A stretch of DNA of 64,000 bases from an uncultured bacterium (GCA_963749495.1 CAVVMW010000024.1:160001-224000), one strand, 5' to 3'. Shown: positions 40,803 through 51,440, counted from the first letter of the stretch. Numbers and translations: made by a program. The notes: a model not told the origin generated them from the sequence alone.

Positions 40803-42821
40803 ATGAAGACTACCGCACCGACTCTGGGGTTGATGATGGCTCTGGGCCTTGGCACGCAGGCGGCTCAAACCGAACAGGCAACCCTCGCCATGGTCCAAAA
40901 TGTTTATAGCCTGCAACCCAGCGAGGGCACCGCGATTGCCATTGAGCAGGCGCACGCCCTCCCCATCGCCGCCGGCCCTTTCGAGCCGACCATGGAATCC
41001 CTCACCAACTATCATTGCCCGGATTGGTTCCGGGACGCCAAGTTCGGCATCTGGGCGCATTGGGGCCCGCAGGCGGTCCCGATGTTCGGCGACTGGTACG
41101 CCCGCCAAATGTACCAGCAGGGGCATGCTCAATACCAGGACCACCTCCAGCGCTACGGCCATCCCTCGACCAACGGCTACAAGGACATCATCCCGCTCTG
41201 GAAAGCCGAGAAATGGGACCCGGACCGGCTCATGGCCCTCTACAAGCGCGCCGGCGCCCGCTACTTCGTCAGCATGGGCTCCCACCACGACAACTTCTTC
41301 CTCTGGAACTCGAAACTCCACCGCTGGAATGCCCTCAACATGGGACCCAAACGCGACGTCGTCGGCGAGTGGCAGAGGGCCGCCACCAAATACGGGCTGC
41401 GCTTCGGCGTCTCCGAGCACTTGGGCGCCAGCTTCACCTGGTTCCAGGACAGCCACAAATCCGACGCCAAAGGCCCGATGGCCGGTGTGCCTTACGACGG
41501 CGCCGACCCCCAATACCAGGACCTCTACCATTTCCCCGCCGAGCCCGGCGACGGTGGTTGGTACAGCACCAATCCCCGCTGGCAGCACCAGTGGTTCGAG
41601 GAGATCAAGGAACTGGTCGACGGCTACCACCCCGATCTGCTCTACACCGACGGCGGCGTGCCGTTTGGCAACGAAGTCGGCCGCAGCCTCATCGCCCATC
41701 TCTACAACTCCGACGCCGCCCGCCATGGCGGCAAGCCCCAGGTCATTTACACGTGCAAACAGAAGTCCGAAGGCCGCTGGGTCGAAGACCTCGAACGCGG
41801 CGTCATGGCCGGCGTCAACCCCAACCCGTGGCAGACCGATACCTCGATCGGCGACTGGTTCTATAACCGCACCTGGAAGTTCCGCCCGCTCGGTTGGACC
41901 GTTCACATGCTGGTGGACATCGTCAGCAAGAACGGCAACTTGCTCCTCAACGTCGTGCAGCGCCCGGACGGCTCGCTGGACGCGGAGGTCGAGCAGATGC
42001 TCAACCAGTTGGCCGATTGGATGGCCGTGCACGGCGAGGGCCTCTACGCGACCCGCCCCTGGCAGGTCTATGGCGAAGGCCCCATCCGCGCCAAGGGCGG
42101 CCACTTCGGCGAGGACTTTGCCTACACCGCCCGCGACATCCGCTTCACGACCAAGGGCAAGACCCTCTATGCCTTCGCCTTGGGCTGGCCTCAGGATGGC
42201 CAACTGGTCATCAAGGCCCTGGCCAAACCCGCCGATGGCAGTGCCAACAGGCTCTCGCGCATCGAACTGCTCGGGCACAGGGGCAGACTCCAATTCACCC
42301 AGACCACCAACGCCCTGGTCGTGAGCTTGCCTGCCCAGAAGACCAGCGACATCGCCTGCGGCCTCAGGATTAGCGGCGCCGACCTCAAGCCCGTCCTGGC
42401 TCCCGAAACGGCCGCGCTCATCCAGCCCGAGTCCAACGGCGGCTTCATCCTGCGCGCCGACTCCGCCGAACTCCACGGCAACCTCCAGCAGGAGGCCCAG
42501 GGCGGCCAACCCAACATCGGTTTCTGGGACCAGCCCGCCGATTGGGTTTCCTGGAAGGTCCAGGTGCCCCAACCCGGCCGCTTCAGCATCAGCGGTTCCT
42601 TCGCCACGGTCCATGAAGGCGCGCAGGTCGCCGTTGTCGTCGGCAAAGAGTCGCTCGCCGCAAAGGTCCCGCAGACGGAGACCTGGAGCCAGTTCCGCCC
42701 CGTTGAGTTCGGCCAGGTCGCTCTCAAACAGCCCGGCCCTGTCGTGGTGTGCGTGCGCGCTGCCGACGCCGCCGCGTGGAAGGCCGTCAACCTCCGGGAG
42801 ATCCGATTGGTCCGCGAGTAA
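40803..42821 (+). CDS. Alpha-L-fucosidase (GH29) with C-terminal CBM-like domain
   Basis: WFRDAKFGIWAHWG, HHDNF, PDLLYTDG, VSKNGNLLLNV; signal peptide. Confidence 0.92.
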   Translation: MKTTAPTLGLMMALGLGTQAAQTEQATLAMVQNVYSLQPSEGTAIAIEQAHALPIAAGPFEPTMESLTNYHCPDWFRDAKFGIWAHWGPQAVPMFGDWYARQMYQQGHAQYQDHLQRYGHPSTNGYKDIIPLWKAEKWDPDRLMALYKRAGARYFVSMGSHHDNFFLWNSKLHRWNALNMGPKRDVVGEWQRAATKYGLRFGVSEHLGASFTWFQDSHKSDAKGPMAGVPYDGADPQYQDLYHFPAEPGDGGWYSTNPRWQHQWFEEIKELVDGYHPDLLYTDGGVPFGNEVGRSLIAHLYNSDAARHGGKPQVIYTCKQKSEGRWVEDLERGVMAGVNPNPWQTDTSIGDWFYNRTWKFRPLGWTVHMLVDIVSKNGNLLLNVVQRPDGSLDAEVEQMLNQLADWMAVHGEGLYATRPWQVYGEGPIRAKGGHFGEDFAYTARDIRFTTKGKTLYAFALGWPQDGQLVIKALAKPADGSANRLSRIELLGHRGRLQFTQTTNALVVSLPAQKTSDIACGLRISGADLKPVLAPETAALIQPESNGGFILRADSAELHGNLQQEAQGGQPNIGFWDQPADWVSWKVQVPQPGRFSISGSFATVHEGAQVAVVVGKESLAAKVPQTETWSQFRPVEFGQVALKQPGPVVVCVRAADAAAWKAVNLREIRLVRE

Positions 42822-42840
42822 TGCCTGAGAGCGGGGGCGA

Positions 42841-43014
42841 CACGGCGGGCAGACCCCTCACCCCGGCCCTCTCCCCTTCCGAAGGGGAGAGGGAGGATTC
42901 TCGGAAGCGGCTCGAGAAGGCGGAGACGCCTGGAATTCCCAGAGACTGCCGAGGCTTCCCCCTCTCCCCTTCGGAAGGGGAGAGGGCTGGGGTGAGGGGT
43001 TCGCCGGGGACTCC
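42841..43014. repeat. REP doublet family B, copy 2
   Basis: Aligns with 17081-17250. Confidence 0.88.
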
Positions 43015-43049
43015 GTTTCCTCCTTCACCGATTACGTCCTCCAGGCGGA

Positions 43050-43145
43050 CTAGATGCTTTTGCGCCAGTAACCAGGTCGCCGTTTCGATCGAGTTGCCTC
43101 GGCGTATTCCTCCGCCGCCTCGGGATGAAAGACGTGCGGCTTCAC
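43050..43145 (-). pseudogene. Internally deleted RelE/ParE-family toxin remnant (31 aa)
   Basis: MKPHVFHPEAAEEYAEATRSKRRPGYWRKSI: typical N-terminus (FHPEA..E..EA) joined to typical C-terminus (RRPGYW); overlaps the antitoxin stop. Confidence 0.75.
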
Positions 43146-43372
43146 CGCCCGATGATTTTACGGATTCGGGCGGAAACTACCTCGGCGGGGACACCTTGCA
43201 CCTTGCCGGTTTGGATTTCCTCGATACGCCGGTGGACCTCAGTTCTCCAGGCGGACTCGATCTCCGGGTCGCTGGTGTGCAGGTCTTCGGTCAGACGGCC
43301 CACCAACTCCCCGACCTTTTCCGGGGGCCAGTGGCGGGCTTCCTCAACGATTTGTTCCAGTGTTATCGGCAC
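43142..43372 (-). CDS. Addiction-module antitoxin (TIGR02574-like), probably leaderless
   Basis: IESAWRTEVHRRIEEIQTGKVQGVPAEVV; TTGAAC-17-TATGAT lies 7 nt before GTG 43372. Confidence 0.85.
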   Translation of the reverse strand: MPITLEQIVEEARHWPPEKVGELVGRLTEDLHTSDPEIESAWRTEVHRRIEEIQTGKVQGVPAEVVSARIRKIIGR

Positions 43373-43460
43373 GGTGTTTATCATACGACGTTCCAGTTTT
43401 GGGTTCAACCGGCGAAACGGCAGTCTCAACTCGACGGGCTTCGCTCCCTCGCCCCCCGGG

Positions 43461-43657
43461 GCCATTGACAGAGTGGCCCGGCGCGCCTGGGCGCCTGGGG
43501 CGCCAGCGTAGCGCAGGTTTCCAAACCTGCTGTATCGCGGGTTTCCAAACCCGCAGGCCGTCCCTAAACCGGGGGCGCTCGATATGCCGACGCCCTGCCG
43601 ATTGGAAATCGGCGATACAGCAGGTTTGGAAACCTGCGCTACAACTTTGTCAACGGC
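43461..43657. repeat. REPIN-like GTAG...CTAC palindrome, copy 2 (see 2075-2270)
   Basis: GTAGCGCAGGTTTCCAAACCTGC ... GCAGGTTTGGAAACCTGCGCTAC at 43508-43642. Confidence 0.88.
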
Positions 43658-43744
43658 CCTCCCTCGCCCCTCGTCCCTCGACACTCTGCCCTCGACACTC
43701 GGCACTGGTGTCCGGTACTCTTTGGCCGACATCCGAGCGAGCCT

Positions 43745-44299
43745 ATGCCCAGCAAACATCGTCCCTGGCAAGTCCTGGAGACGCGCGAGGTCTATTCCGC
43801 GCCGCCGCGCATCCGCGTGAGCGTCGAGCGTGTCCGGTTGCCCGATGGCCGGGTGGTCGAGGATTTCCACCAAATCGAGTCCTTCGACTATGCCCTGGTC
43901 GTGGCCCGGCTGGAGGACGGGCGCATCCTCCTGGTGCGCCAGTACAAGCACGGCGCCCGCTCGGTGGGCCTCTACGTTCCGGGCGGATACATCGCTCCCG
44001 GAGAAGAGCCCCTGGTCGCCGCGCAACGGGAATTGCTCGAAGAAACCGGCTGCACCTCCGAGGAGTGGCGCAGCCTGGGCAAGTACGTCTGCAACGCAAA
44101 CCAGGGCTGCGGCCACGCCCACTTCTTTGCGGCCGAGCGCGTCCAGCCCGTCACCGCTCCCCAGTCCGGCGACCTCGAGGAGATGGAGTTGGTCCAGTTG
44201 ACGACACAGGAGACCCTCGCCGCCATCGCTCGGGGCGAAGTCCACTCCCTGGGCGCCGTCACCGCCCTGGCCCTGGCCCTGAACCCGCTCCTGGCGTGA
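43745..44299 (+). CDS. NUDIX hydrolase (ADP-ribose pyrophosphatase-like)
   Basis: GGYIAPGEEPLVAAQRELLEETG Nudix box. Confidence 0.92.
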   Translation: MPSKHRPWQVLETREVYSAPPRIRVSVERVRLPDGRVVEDFHQIESFDYALVVARLEDGRILLVRQYKHGARSVGLYVPGGYIAPGEEPLVAAQRELLEETGCTSEEWRSLGKYVCNANQGCGHAHFFAAERVQPVTAPQSGDLEEMELVQLTTQETLAAIARGEVHSLGAVTALALALNPLLA

Positions 44300-44310
44300 T
44301 GCGGGCAGCA

Positions 44311-44584
44311 CCGGGTGCGATTAAAACTGTCGGTCAGCCCACGGCGCCTTTTTGCCCCGAAGGGGCTTCCGACAATAGCCCGGCGTTTCAACGCCGGGTG
44401 AGCGGACCCAAGGAATTGGTCCGTCCCGAAGGGACGGCTGAAAGCAACCAGTATTCTCAGTCGTCCCTTCGGGACGAGGCTCCCTTTTGTGGCCTCCCCG
44501 GCGTTGAAACGCCGGGCTATTGTCAGATGTCCCTCCGGGACAGAATTCCCGAGGCCGCTGCCCGACGCTTTTAATCGCACCCGG
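44311..44584. repeat. MITE/REP-like element with 16-bp terminal inverted repeats and internal palindromes
   Basis: CCGGGTGCGATTAAAA 44311-44326 / TTTTAATCGCACCCGG 44569-44584; inner GACAATAGCCCGGCGTTTCAACGCCGGG and its complement. Confidence 0.8.
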
Positions 44585-44630
44585 CAGCGCCGCCCCTTGC
44601 CAGGGCATCCCTCCCGGGCTATGTAATTGG

Positions 44631-45350
44631 ATGATTGAAGCGCGAAAACTTGGCGGCGAGGCAGAGCGAAATCCGGCGGCGGCAGCCGCGCGAAGCAGCC
44701 CGGGCAGGCCGGGGCCCAGGCCCTTGCTCTGGACCGGGCTTGGGCTCGGCCTGGTGCTTCTCATGGGCGCGCTCCTCTCCGCGGCCCTGCAAGCCCAAAG
44801 CGCCGCCCGCACGCGCCTGCCCGTCTATGGTTCCGTCGCCGATTTCACCCTGACCAACCAGGACGGCGCCCCGGTCTCGCTGGCGGACCTGCGCGGGCAC
44901 GTCTGGGTGGCCAACGTCATCTTCACCCGCTGTCCCGGACCGTGCCTGAAGATGACCCGCCAAATGAAGGAACTCCAGCAAGCCCTGGCCCAGGACAGCC
45001 AGGCCCGCCTCGTCTCATTGACCACCGACCCTGATTTCGACAAGCCCGCTGTTTTGAAGAGCTACGCCGAGCGGTTCGGCGCTGATCCACAGCGATGGAT
45101 GTTCCTGACCGGCCTCAAGAAACAGGTCGCCAGTCTGGCGACGCAGTCCCTCAAGCTCACCGCCATCGAAAAGACCCCCGGAGAACGCCAGTCCCCCAAT
45201 GACCTCTTCGTTCACAGCACCCTCCTGGTGCTCGTGGACCGCCAGTCGAGGTTGCGCGCCATCTTCGAGACGAGCGGCGACGACATTGATCCCGACCACG
45301 TGAAAAAGCACGTGGTCGAGGCCGTCAGGCAAGTGGAGCGCGAGCGATGA
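44631..45350 (+). CDS. SCO1/SenC family copper chaperone
   Basis: N-terminal TM segment, FTRCPGPC (CxxxC), DPDFD, conserved His in VHST. Confidence 0.92.
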   Translation: MIEARKLGGEAERNPAAAAARSSPGRPGPRPLLWTGLGLGLVLLMGALLSAALQAQSAARTRLPVYGSVADFTLTNQDGAPVSLADLRGHVWVANVIFTRCPGPCLKMTRQMKELQQALAQDSQARLVSLTTDPDFDKPAVLKSYAERFGADPQRWMFLTGLKKQVASLATQSLKLTAIEKTPGERQSPNDLFVHSTLLVLVDRQSRLRAIFETSGDDIDPDHVKKHVVEAVRQVERER

Positions 45351-45790
45351 GCCTGGCCGACCTGCCCGTCGTCAACGCTTCTCTCAACGGCCTGAGCGCC
45401 GTCCTCCTGGGGAGCGGCTACTACTTCATCCGGCGCAAGCGCCAACTCGCCCACCGCAACTGCATGATTGCGGCCTTCGTCACCTCGACCCTGTTCCTGG
45501 CTTGCTATTTGACGTACCACTTTTACCTGGCCTGGCACTTGCACCGGGGTCCCACCCTCTTCAGGAATCCCGCATGGTTCCGCCCCATTTACCTGGCCAT
45601 TCTCCTGAGCCACACCCTCCTGGCCATCCTCATCGTGCCCCTGGCGCTCGTCACTCTTGCCCGTGCCTTGCGCCGCCGTTTCGACCTCCACCGCAAAATC
45701 GCCCGTTGGACCTGGCCCCTCTGGATGTACGTCTCCGTCACCGGCGTCCTCATTTATCTGCTGCTCTACCAGATCTTTCCTCAGCGGTGA
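45347..45790 (+). CDS. DUF420 family membrane protein
   Basis: LPVVNASLN, HRNCM, FLACYL, HRKIARWTWPLWMYVSVTG; coupled to the SCO gene. Confidence 0.9.
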   Translation: MSLADLPVVNASLNGLSAVLLGSGYYFIRRKRQLAHRNCMIAAFVTSTLFLACYLTYHFYLAWHLHRGPTLFRNPAWFRPIYLAILLSHTLLAILIVPLALVTLARALRRRFDLHRKIARWTWPLWMYVSVTGVLIYLLLYQIFPQR

Positions 45791-46062
45791 GACCTCAGTC
45801 TTCCTTCGGAGTCCACCGTGATTTCTCTGGCCCCGGCGGGGACCGGCGTGGTGGTCGTTTTGCCCCCGGGCCAGCGCACGCAGAGCGCCTCGGGTTTGGC
45901 CGGGGTGGCCATGACTTGCGTGAGGCTGTCTTGGGACCAGTAACCCGAGCCGGCGTGGATTTCGCGCGCCGGGCCTTGGCGGCCCTGGTTTTGTAAATCC
46001 GGCTGCGCTGGATACCATCGATGACGCTGCGGGCGCCGTTGCGCCAGCGCCCGCAGAAGATT

Positions 46063-46090
46063 GAGGCCGGGCTGAATGAAGCCCGGCCTC
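46063..46090 (-). terminator. Hairpin downstream of the 46121-49411 gene
   Basis: GAGGCCGGGCT-gaatga-AGCCCGGCCTC, an 11-bp stem; weak U tract. Confidence 0.5.
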
Positions 46091-46120
46091 GTGAACTCGA
46101 TCTAAAGCCCAGTGGGTGTG

Positions 46121-49100
46121 TTAAAAGCCAACGAGACCCAAGCGATAGAACTTCTCGGGTGTGGCGGGACTCGGAGTGACGGTTATGGAGCCGGTGATTG
46201 GACCCTCGTCCACCCACTCGCTGCTAGCCAGGTCGGTGGTGGAATAGAGTTCGGCCGGCACCGACGAGGTGATGGTGATGGTTCCCGGCGTCGTCCCGTG
46301 AGCCAGCGTGATGGCTGGCGCCGCGATGCTGCCGTCGACGCCCAGGAACTGGACTTCGGCGACTTGGAGGCTGTTGGCGGCAGTGTCGTTCCGGGTGTGG
46401 TTGAAGGTGAGGCGGTAGATCGGGTAGGGCGTAGTGTTGACGAAGAAGATCTCCTCTTCGGCCATAGTGATCGGATCAAGGAACACCGATGCAGCGTTGC
46501 GATCCAGCGGGAGATTCAATGCCCCCGAGGCAATGTGGTGGAAGGTGGTGCCGTCAAGTGAACCTTCCAGCGTATAGTCGGCCGGATCGCGCTCGGGATT
46601 GGCATCGGCGGTGAAGATGCGCAAGCCAACGACCAGCGTGGGCCGGAGCGCGCCGCTCAGATTCAAGCTCTCGTTGGTGAGAACCACGCCGACCGGTCCC
46701 TGGAACGGCGGGAAGCCGGCCGAAGTGCTGAAGCCGCTGCCGCCATTCTGCCATTTGACGGCTGTGCCATCGATCAGATTGAGCCCCGCATCGGCCGGAT
46801 AGAGCGGGCCGCCGGCTTGGGCCACCGCCTCATCCCCAAAGGTCAGGATTGGGTCGGTGGGGAAGTCCACGTTGGTCAGCAAACTGACGATGCTCAAGGT
46901 CGCCACCGCGCTGGTCGTGTAACCGAAGGCGTTGTTGGCGATGCAAACGTAGTCCATCGTGTCGGCGTAGCTGGCCGGGTTAATGCCCAAAGAGCCCGTT
47001 TTGGACCCTGAAATGTTGCCGGCATCGGAGAGCAACGCATACACCCCGTTGGCGCCCTTGGCCCACGAGTAAGAGGGCGAACCGCTGGCCGAAGCGGTGA
47101 ACGAAGCCGAACTGCGGTTGTAGGCCTTGATCGACTGCGGCTGCTGACTGAAGACCGGGGCGGGCGATGAATTGAGGATGCCCAGGAACTGAACTTCGGC
47201 CATCTGGACGCTGTTGGCCGCGGCGTTGTTCCTCACCAGCGTGAAGGAGAGCCGATAGGACGTGTAGCCAACGGTATTATGGAAGTCCACCTCCCCGAAG
47301 GCATCCACCGTGAGATCAATCGCATTGGCCGTGCTGTCCGTGTTGCGCGTGGTCGGCAGCGAAATCAGGTTGGACGTGATGAGCGACCAATGCCCGCCGC
47401 TGTCGTTCGAGCCTTCCAGGATGAAGTTCGCCGGGTCGCGCTCGGGCGCGTCATTGGCCGTGAAGATGCGGATGCCGGAGATGATCACGCTGCCCACCTG
47501 CGGAGTCCAGATAAGGCCGCACGGCCCCAGGAACGGCGCGCCATCGTTCAAGCCGAAGTTGAGGTACTTCTGAGTCGTCCCATCAATGGCGGATTGGGCG
47601 TATTCCGGCGACGCATTGGGAAAGCCCGCGTAAGCGACGATTTGGTCGCTCGGTTGGGCCATATTGGCCAGGACCGAGTAAACACTGAGCGAGGCGGGCT
47701 GGCAGTTCACACTGCCGCCGGCATTGGTGATGACCGCTCGGAAGTTGACGCCGGAGCTGTCGGTGGTGACGGCGGTCAAGGACAGGGTGGGCGTCGAGGA
47801 ACCGGAGACGCCCCCGCCATCGGTCAGGTTGGTGAAAACCCCGGTGGCGCCCGCCGCCTGCCATTGATACGTGAAGGGGCCGGTGCCCGCCACACCGACA
47901 GTAAAGGACACACTTGTCCCGGCGGACACTGTCACGCTGGCGGGTTGGTTGGTGATGATGGGCGCCACGGTGCCGGCCGTGCCGCTCACGGCCAGGACAA
48001 CGAAGCGCGAAGTGGCGGCAGAACCGTTGTTGGTCGTCCAGAGCACGGTTGCCCCCGTCACCGGGCTGGTGGTGTCGGTCAGCGTGAATTGCGCCTCGTA
48101 CAGGTTTGGGTTGCCGCTGTTGAGGCTGTTAATGACGCCCGTGTCCAGATCAATGCGGCCGTTGGCCGTATAAGCGGCCGGCACGCCGCCGAACCAATCC
48201 TTCGAGTTGAAGTAATTGGTCTCCATCGTGCCATCCTGGTGACTCGCGACCACGCCGACGGTGATGGCGCCGTTGCCATCGGAACTGAGGAATGACAACG
48301 CCGAGAAGGCCGTTGGATTGGCAAAGGTAATCTGAGCGGACGGGCTGTTCGCGTCGGCATAGATGGCGTTGGGGGCGGTGTAACTGGGGGCCAACTGGTA
48401 GCTATGGTCCGGCAGGTTGGTGCTGGTCAGAATCGAGCCCGCCGGCGGCAAGCCCGTTAACGGATAGGCCGCGACGTACCCTTGCTCGTACCACGTGTTG
48501 CCCGTGTTGGCGGTCCCGGCATCCATCGTGGCGGTCGTGAACTGCGTGAGCGGGGCCGAAGACAAAGTCCCGGTGTCGGAGACCGGTCCGGCGCTCGCCT
48601 CGACCACGATGTCCGCATTATATCCGGTCACGGTGATGGGCTTGAAGTTGCCGCCGCCAGGGGCCTGGCCGCTCACGGCCATAATGCACGTGTGCGCCCC
48701 GGCGGCACTGCTGACGTACTGCAAGTCTATTTGAGTGACGTCACTCGCAGTGTTCGTCAGGGTGACATCTTTCCCGTAGAGGCGCGGGTTTTGGCTATTG
48801 TAGTTGTCCAGCGTGAACGTTTGCGCGTTGGCCCGCACGTTGGCGATGAAGGCCTGATTCGCGCCGTTGAACCAGTCCGCCGAGGGTTGCGTGCCGGTTT
48901 CGGTGGTGCCGTCCGCATGGTGCGCCGTCCAGCGGAATGTGCAGCCGCCGTTGCCGCCGCTGGTCAGGAAGGTCAATTGCGCGTAGGGGGCGGGGCTGGC
49001 GAGGGTGAAGGTGTAAAGCCCGCTGAAACTGCTGGCATCGAGCATGATCGCGTTATTCGCCTTCCAGCTCGGGGCAAAGGTGTATTGGTGGTCTGCGAAG

Positions 49101-49411
49101 GTCAAGTCCGTGATCGTGGTGCCTGCCGGAGGCAGCCCGACGGTGGCGTCGCTGGCAAAGAGGCCCATCTCGCACCACGTGTCGCCGCTATTCCCTGTGC
49201 CGTTGTCCATCGAAGCGGTGGTGTAAGCCCCCGGGACCAGGGGCGGTGTGGCGGTTTTTTCCACCACCACGTCGGCATTGTAGCTGCCGGAAGTCAGGGC
49301 AATCGGGCTGTAAGCCGCCCGGGCAACGCCCCCAGTCGTGAGGGCGAGAATGATGGGAATGAGTCGTGCTCTCATATTCAGGAACTGAGTTGAGTGAGTG
49401 TTTGGTTTCAT
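46121..49411 (-). CDS. Large secreted protein with duplicated N-terminal domain, two Ig and two discoidin-like domains
   Basis: Signal peptide; YNADVVVE/YNADIVVE duplication; FTYQWQ Ig motif; TANDAPERDP / TADANPERDP repeats; C-terminal EKFYRL. Confidence 0.85.
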   Translation of the reverse strand: MKPNTHSTQFLNMRARLIPIILALTTGGVARAAYSPIALTSGSYNADVVVEKTATPPLVPGAYTTASMDNGTGNSGDTWCEMGLFASDATVGLPPAGTTITDLTFADHQYTFAPSWKANNAIMLDASSFSGLYTFTLASPAPYAQLTFLTSGGNGGCTFRWTAHHADGTTETGTQPSADWFNGANQAFIANVRANAQTFTLDNYNSQNPRLYGKDVTLTNTASDVTQIDLQYVSSAAGAHTCIMAVSGQAPGGGNFKPITVTGYNADIVVEASAGPVSDTGTLSSAPLTQFTTATMDAGTANTGNTWYEQGYVAAYPLTGLPPAGSILTSTNLPDHSYQLAPSYTAPNAIYADANSPSAQITFANPTAFSALSFLSSDGNGAITVGVVASHQDGTMETNYFNSKDWFGGVPAAYTANGRIDLDTGVINSLNSGNPNLYEAQFTLTDTTSPVTGATVLWTTNNGSAATSRFVVLAVSGTAGTVAPIITNQPASVTVSAGTSVSFTVGVAGTGPFTYQWQAAGATGVFTNLTDGGGVSGSSTPTLSLTAVTTDSSGVNFRAVITNAGGSVNCQPASLSVYSVLANMAQPSDQIVAYAGFPNASPEYAQSAIDGTTQKYLNFGLNDGAPFLGPCGLIWTPQVGSVIISGIRIFTANDAPERDPANFILEGSNDSGGHWSLITSNLISLPTTRNTDSTANAIDLTVDAFGEVDFHNTVGYTSYRLSFTLVRNNAAANSVQMAEVQFLGILNSSPAPVFSQQPQSIKAYNRSSASFTASASGSPSYSWAKGANGVYALLSDAGNISGSKTGSLGINPASYADTMDYVCIANNAFGYTTSAVATLSIVSLLTNVDFPTDPILTFGDEAVAQAGGPLYPADAGLNLIDGTAVKWQNGGSGFSTSAGFPPFQGPVGVVLTNESLNLSGALRPTLVVGLRIFTADANPERDPADYTLEGSLDGTTFHHIASGALNLPLDRNAASVFLDPITMAEEEIFFVNTTPYPIYRLTFNHTRNDTAANSLQVAEVQFLGVDGSIAAPAITLAHGTTPGTITITSSVPAELYSTTDLASSEWVDEGPITGSITVTPSPATPEKFYRLGLVGF

Positions 49412-49515
49412 GGGTAGGTCCAGTCTCCGTGCTCGTGCCATTTGTTCTTCAGCAACCAAGCCAAATGAGGACTACCTTCATTGCGTTGCTCCGCGATGCG
49501 CCCGCAGCCCTCGGC

Positions 49516-49782
49516 TCACCGCGTAGCGGTGCCCGATGGTAGCCGTGGACTTCCAGTCCACGGACCCATGGCCCAAGCTCAATCGCGTCGCGTAGCAACG
49601 CCTGAAAACCGCAACGGTGTCAGGCGTCGCTACGCGACGCGTGACCATTCCCACGCCCTGAACCGTGGACCGAGGTCCACGGCTACCTTCACTGCGTCGC
49701 TACGCAACGCGTGACCATTCCCACGCCCTGAACCGTGGACCGAGGTCCACGGCTACCTTCACTGCGTCGCTACGCGACGCGC
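49516..49782. repeat. REPIN-like family A with tandem duplication of its 3' half
   Basis: GACCATTCCCACGCCCTGAACCGTGGACCGAGGTCCACGGCTACCTTCACTGCGTCGCTACGC occurs twice. Confidence 0.9.
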
Positions 49783-49973
49783 GATGATTGCCACGCCCCG
49801 GACCGTGGACCGAGAGGACGGGGTGAGGGGTCGGCCCGGGGACTCTGTCTCCGCCTTCACTGACCGGTTCCGACAAAATGAAAGGGCGGGGGGGGTGACG
49901 GGGCGAGAAGGGTCGCACTGCCCGCCGCTGAGCGCTTGCCCCGGCGCTGGATGACACTAGACTGCCCCTGAGA

Positions 49974-51213
49974 ATGAGCGCGCTGACGAGCCGCCAGAGG
50001 GTGAGGATGGCCCTCAACCATGAGGAACCGGACCGGGTGCCGGTGGACCTGGGCGCCAGCCGGGTCACCGGCATCAGCGCCATCGCCTATCGGAAGTTGC
50101 TGCGTCACCTGGGGCTTCACGAGGAGGTGCGGGTCTATGACATCAAGCAGCAGTTGGCCGACCCGTCACTGAGCGTTCTGGATCGGCTTGGGGCGGACGT
50201 GGTCAGCCTGCACCGGCTGGCGCCGACCACCGGGATGGCGTTCCTGGCCCTGGACCGCTGGAAACCCGGCCGGCTCACGGACGGTTCGCCCTGCCTGGTG
50301 CCCGAGGCCTGCGACGAAATCGTGGCGAGCGACGGCCAGTTCCAAATCCGCTGGCAGGGTGAAACTTATGCCCGGCGCGCCCCCGAGTCCCTCTACTACG
50401 ACGTCTGCTGGGCGCCTCTGGCGAACGCGCGAACCACTGCTGACATTGACCGCTTCGCCTGGCCCGACCCGTGGACCGACCGTGAAGAGCAGTACGTGCG
50501 GCAGCGCATCAACGAGATCTACCACCAGACGGACAAGGCGCTCTTCGCCGGCCTGTCGAACCTCCTCGGCTCCTTCTTTGAGATCAGCCTGGTCCTGTTC
50601 GGCTTCGAGAACTTCATGGTGAAACTGGCCTGCGAGCGCGACCTGGTCGAGTACCTGGCTGGAGGCCAAGCTGGCGCACGACCTGGCCATCCTCGACCGT
50701 TTCCTCTCGATTGCCGGGCCGTATATCGAGGCCATCCAGATGAACGACGATTTCGGCTCGCAGACCGCCTTGCAAATCTCCCCGCGGCTCTACCGCGAGG
50801 TCTTCAAGCCCAGGCAGCGCCGCTGGATCCAGTTCGTCAAGGCCCGCACCCCCGCCAGGGTCTTCATCCACTGCGACGGCGCCATCGAGGAGATCCTGCC
50901 CGATTTCATCGAGCTCGGCATCGAAGTGCTCAACCCGCTCCAGACCTCCGCCAAAGGCATGGACCCGGGCCGAATCAAGCGCCGGTTCGGCCGCAACCTC
51001 GCCTTCTGGGGCGGGGGCGTCGAGACGCAAACCACCCTGCCGTTCGGCTCCGTCGAGGACGTGCGCCGCGAGGTGCTCGAGCGCCTCAAGCTCCTGGGCC
51101 CCGGCGGCGGCTACGTCTTTGCCGCCATCCACAACATCCAGGCTGACATCCCGCCTGAGAAGGTCCTGGCCGTTTTCGACACCGCCGCACAATGCGGGGC
51201 GCGGGGAGCGTGA
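49974..51213 (+). CDS. Uroporphyrinogen decarboxylase-like / MtaA-CmuA-family methyltransferase-like protein; apparent frameshift ~50655
   Basis: MSALTSRQRV...HEEPDRVPVDLG; NDDFGSQ, IHCDG, LNPLQ, FWGGG, HNIQADIPPE. Confidence 0.85.
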
Positions 51214-51440
51214 GGAAGGGACCAAAGGGACGTGAAAAACGAGGAAAAAGGCAGGGAAATGAAAGGCAGAAAAATGGGGGCAGAAAGATGGAGATGGAGA
51301 GAGATGGATTGTCTTCATTTTTCTGCCCCCATCTTTCTGCCTTCAAAAGAACGATGGAAGATGCAGGGAATATAAGAGGGATGAGAGGCCATGGTTTTCG
51401 TTTTACATTCAGCGGGTTCTGACTTTGAATTTCCGGTGTC

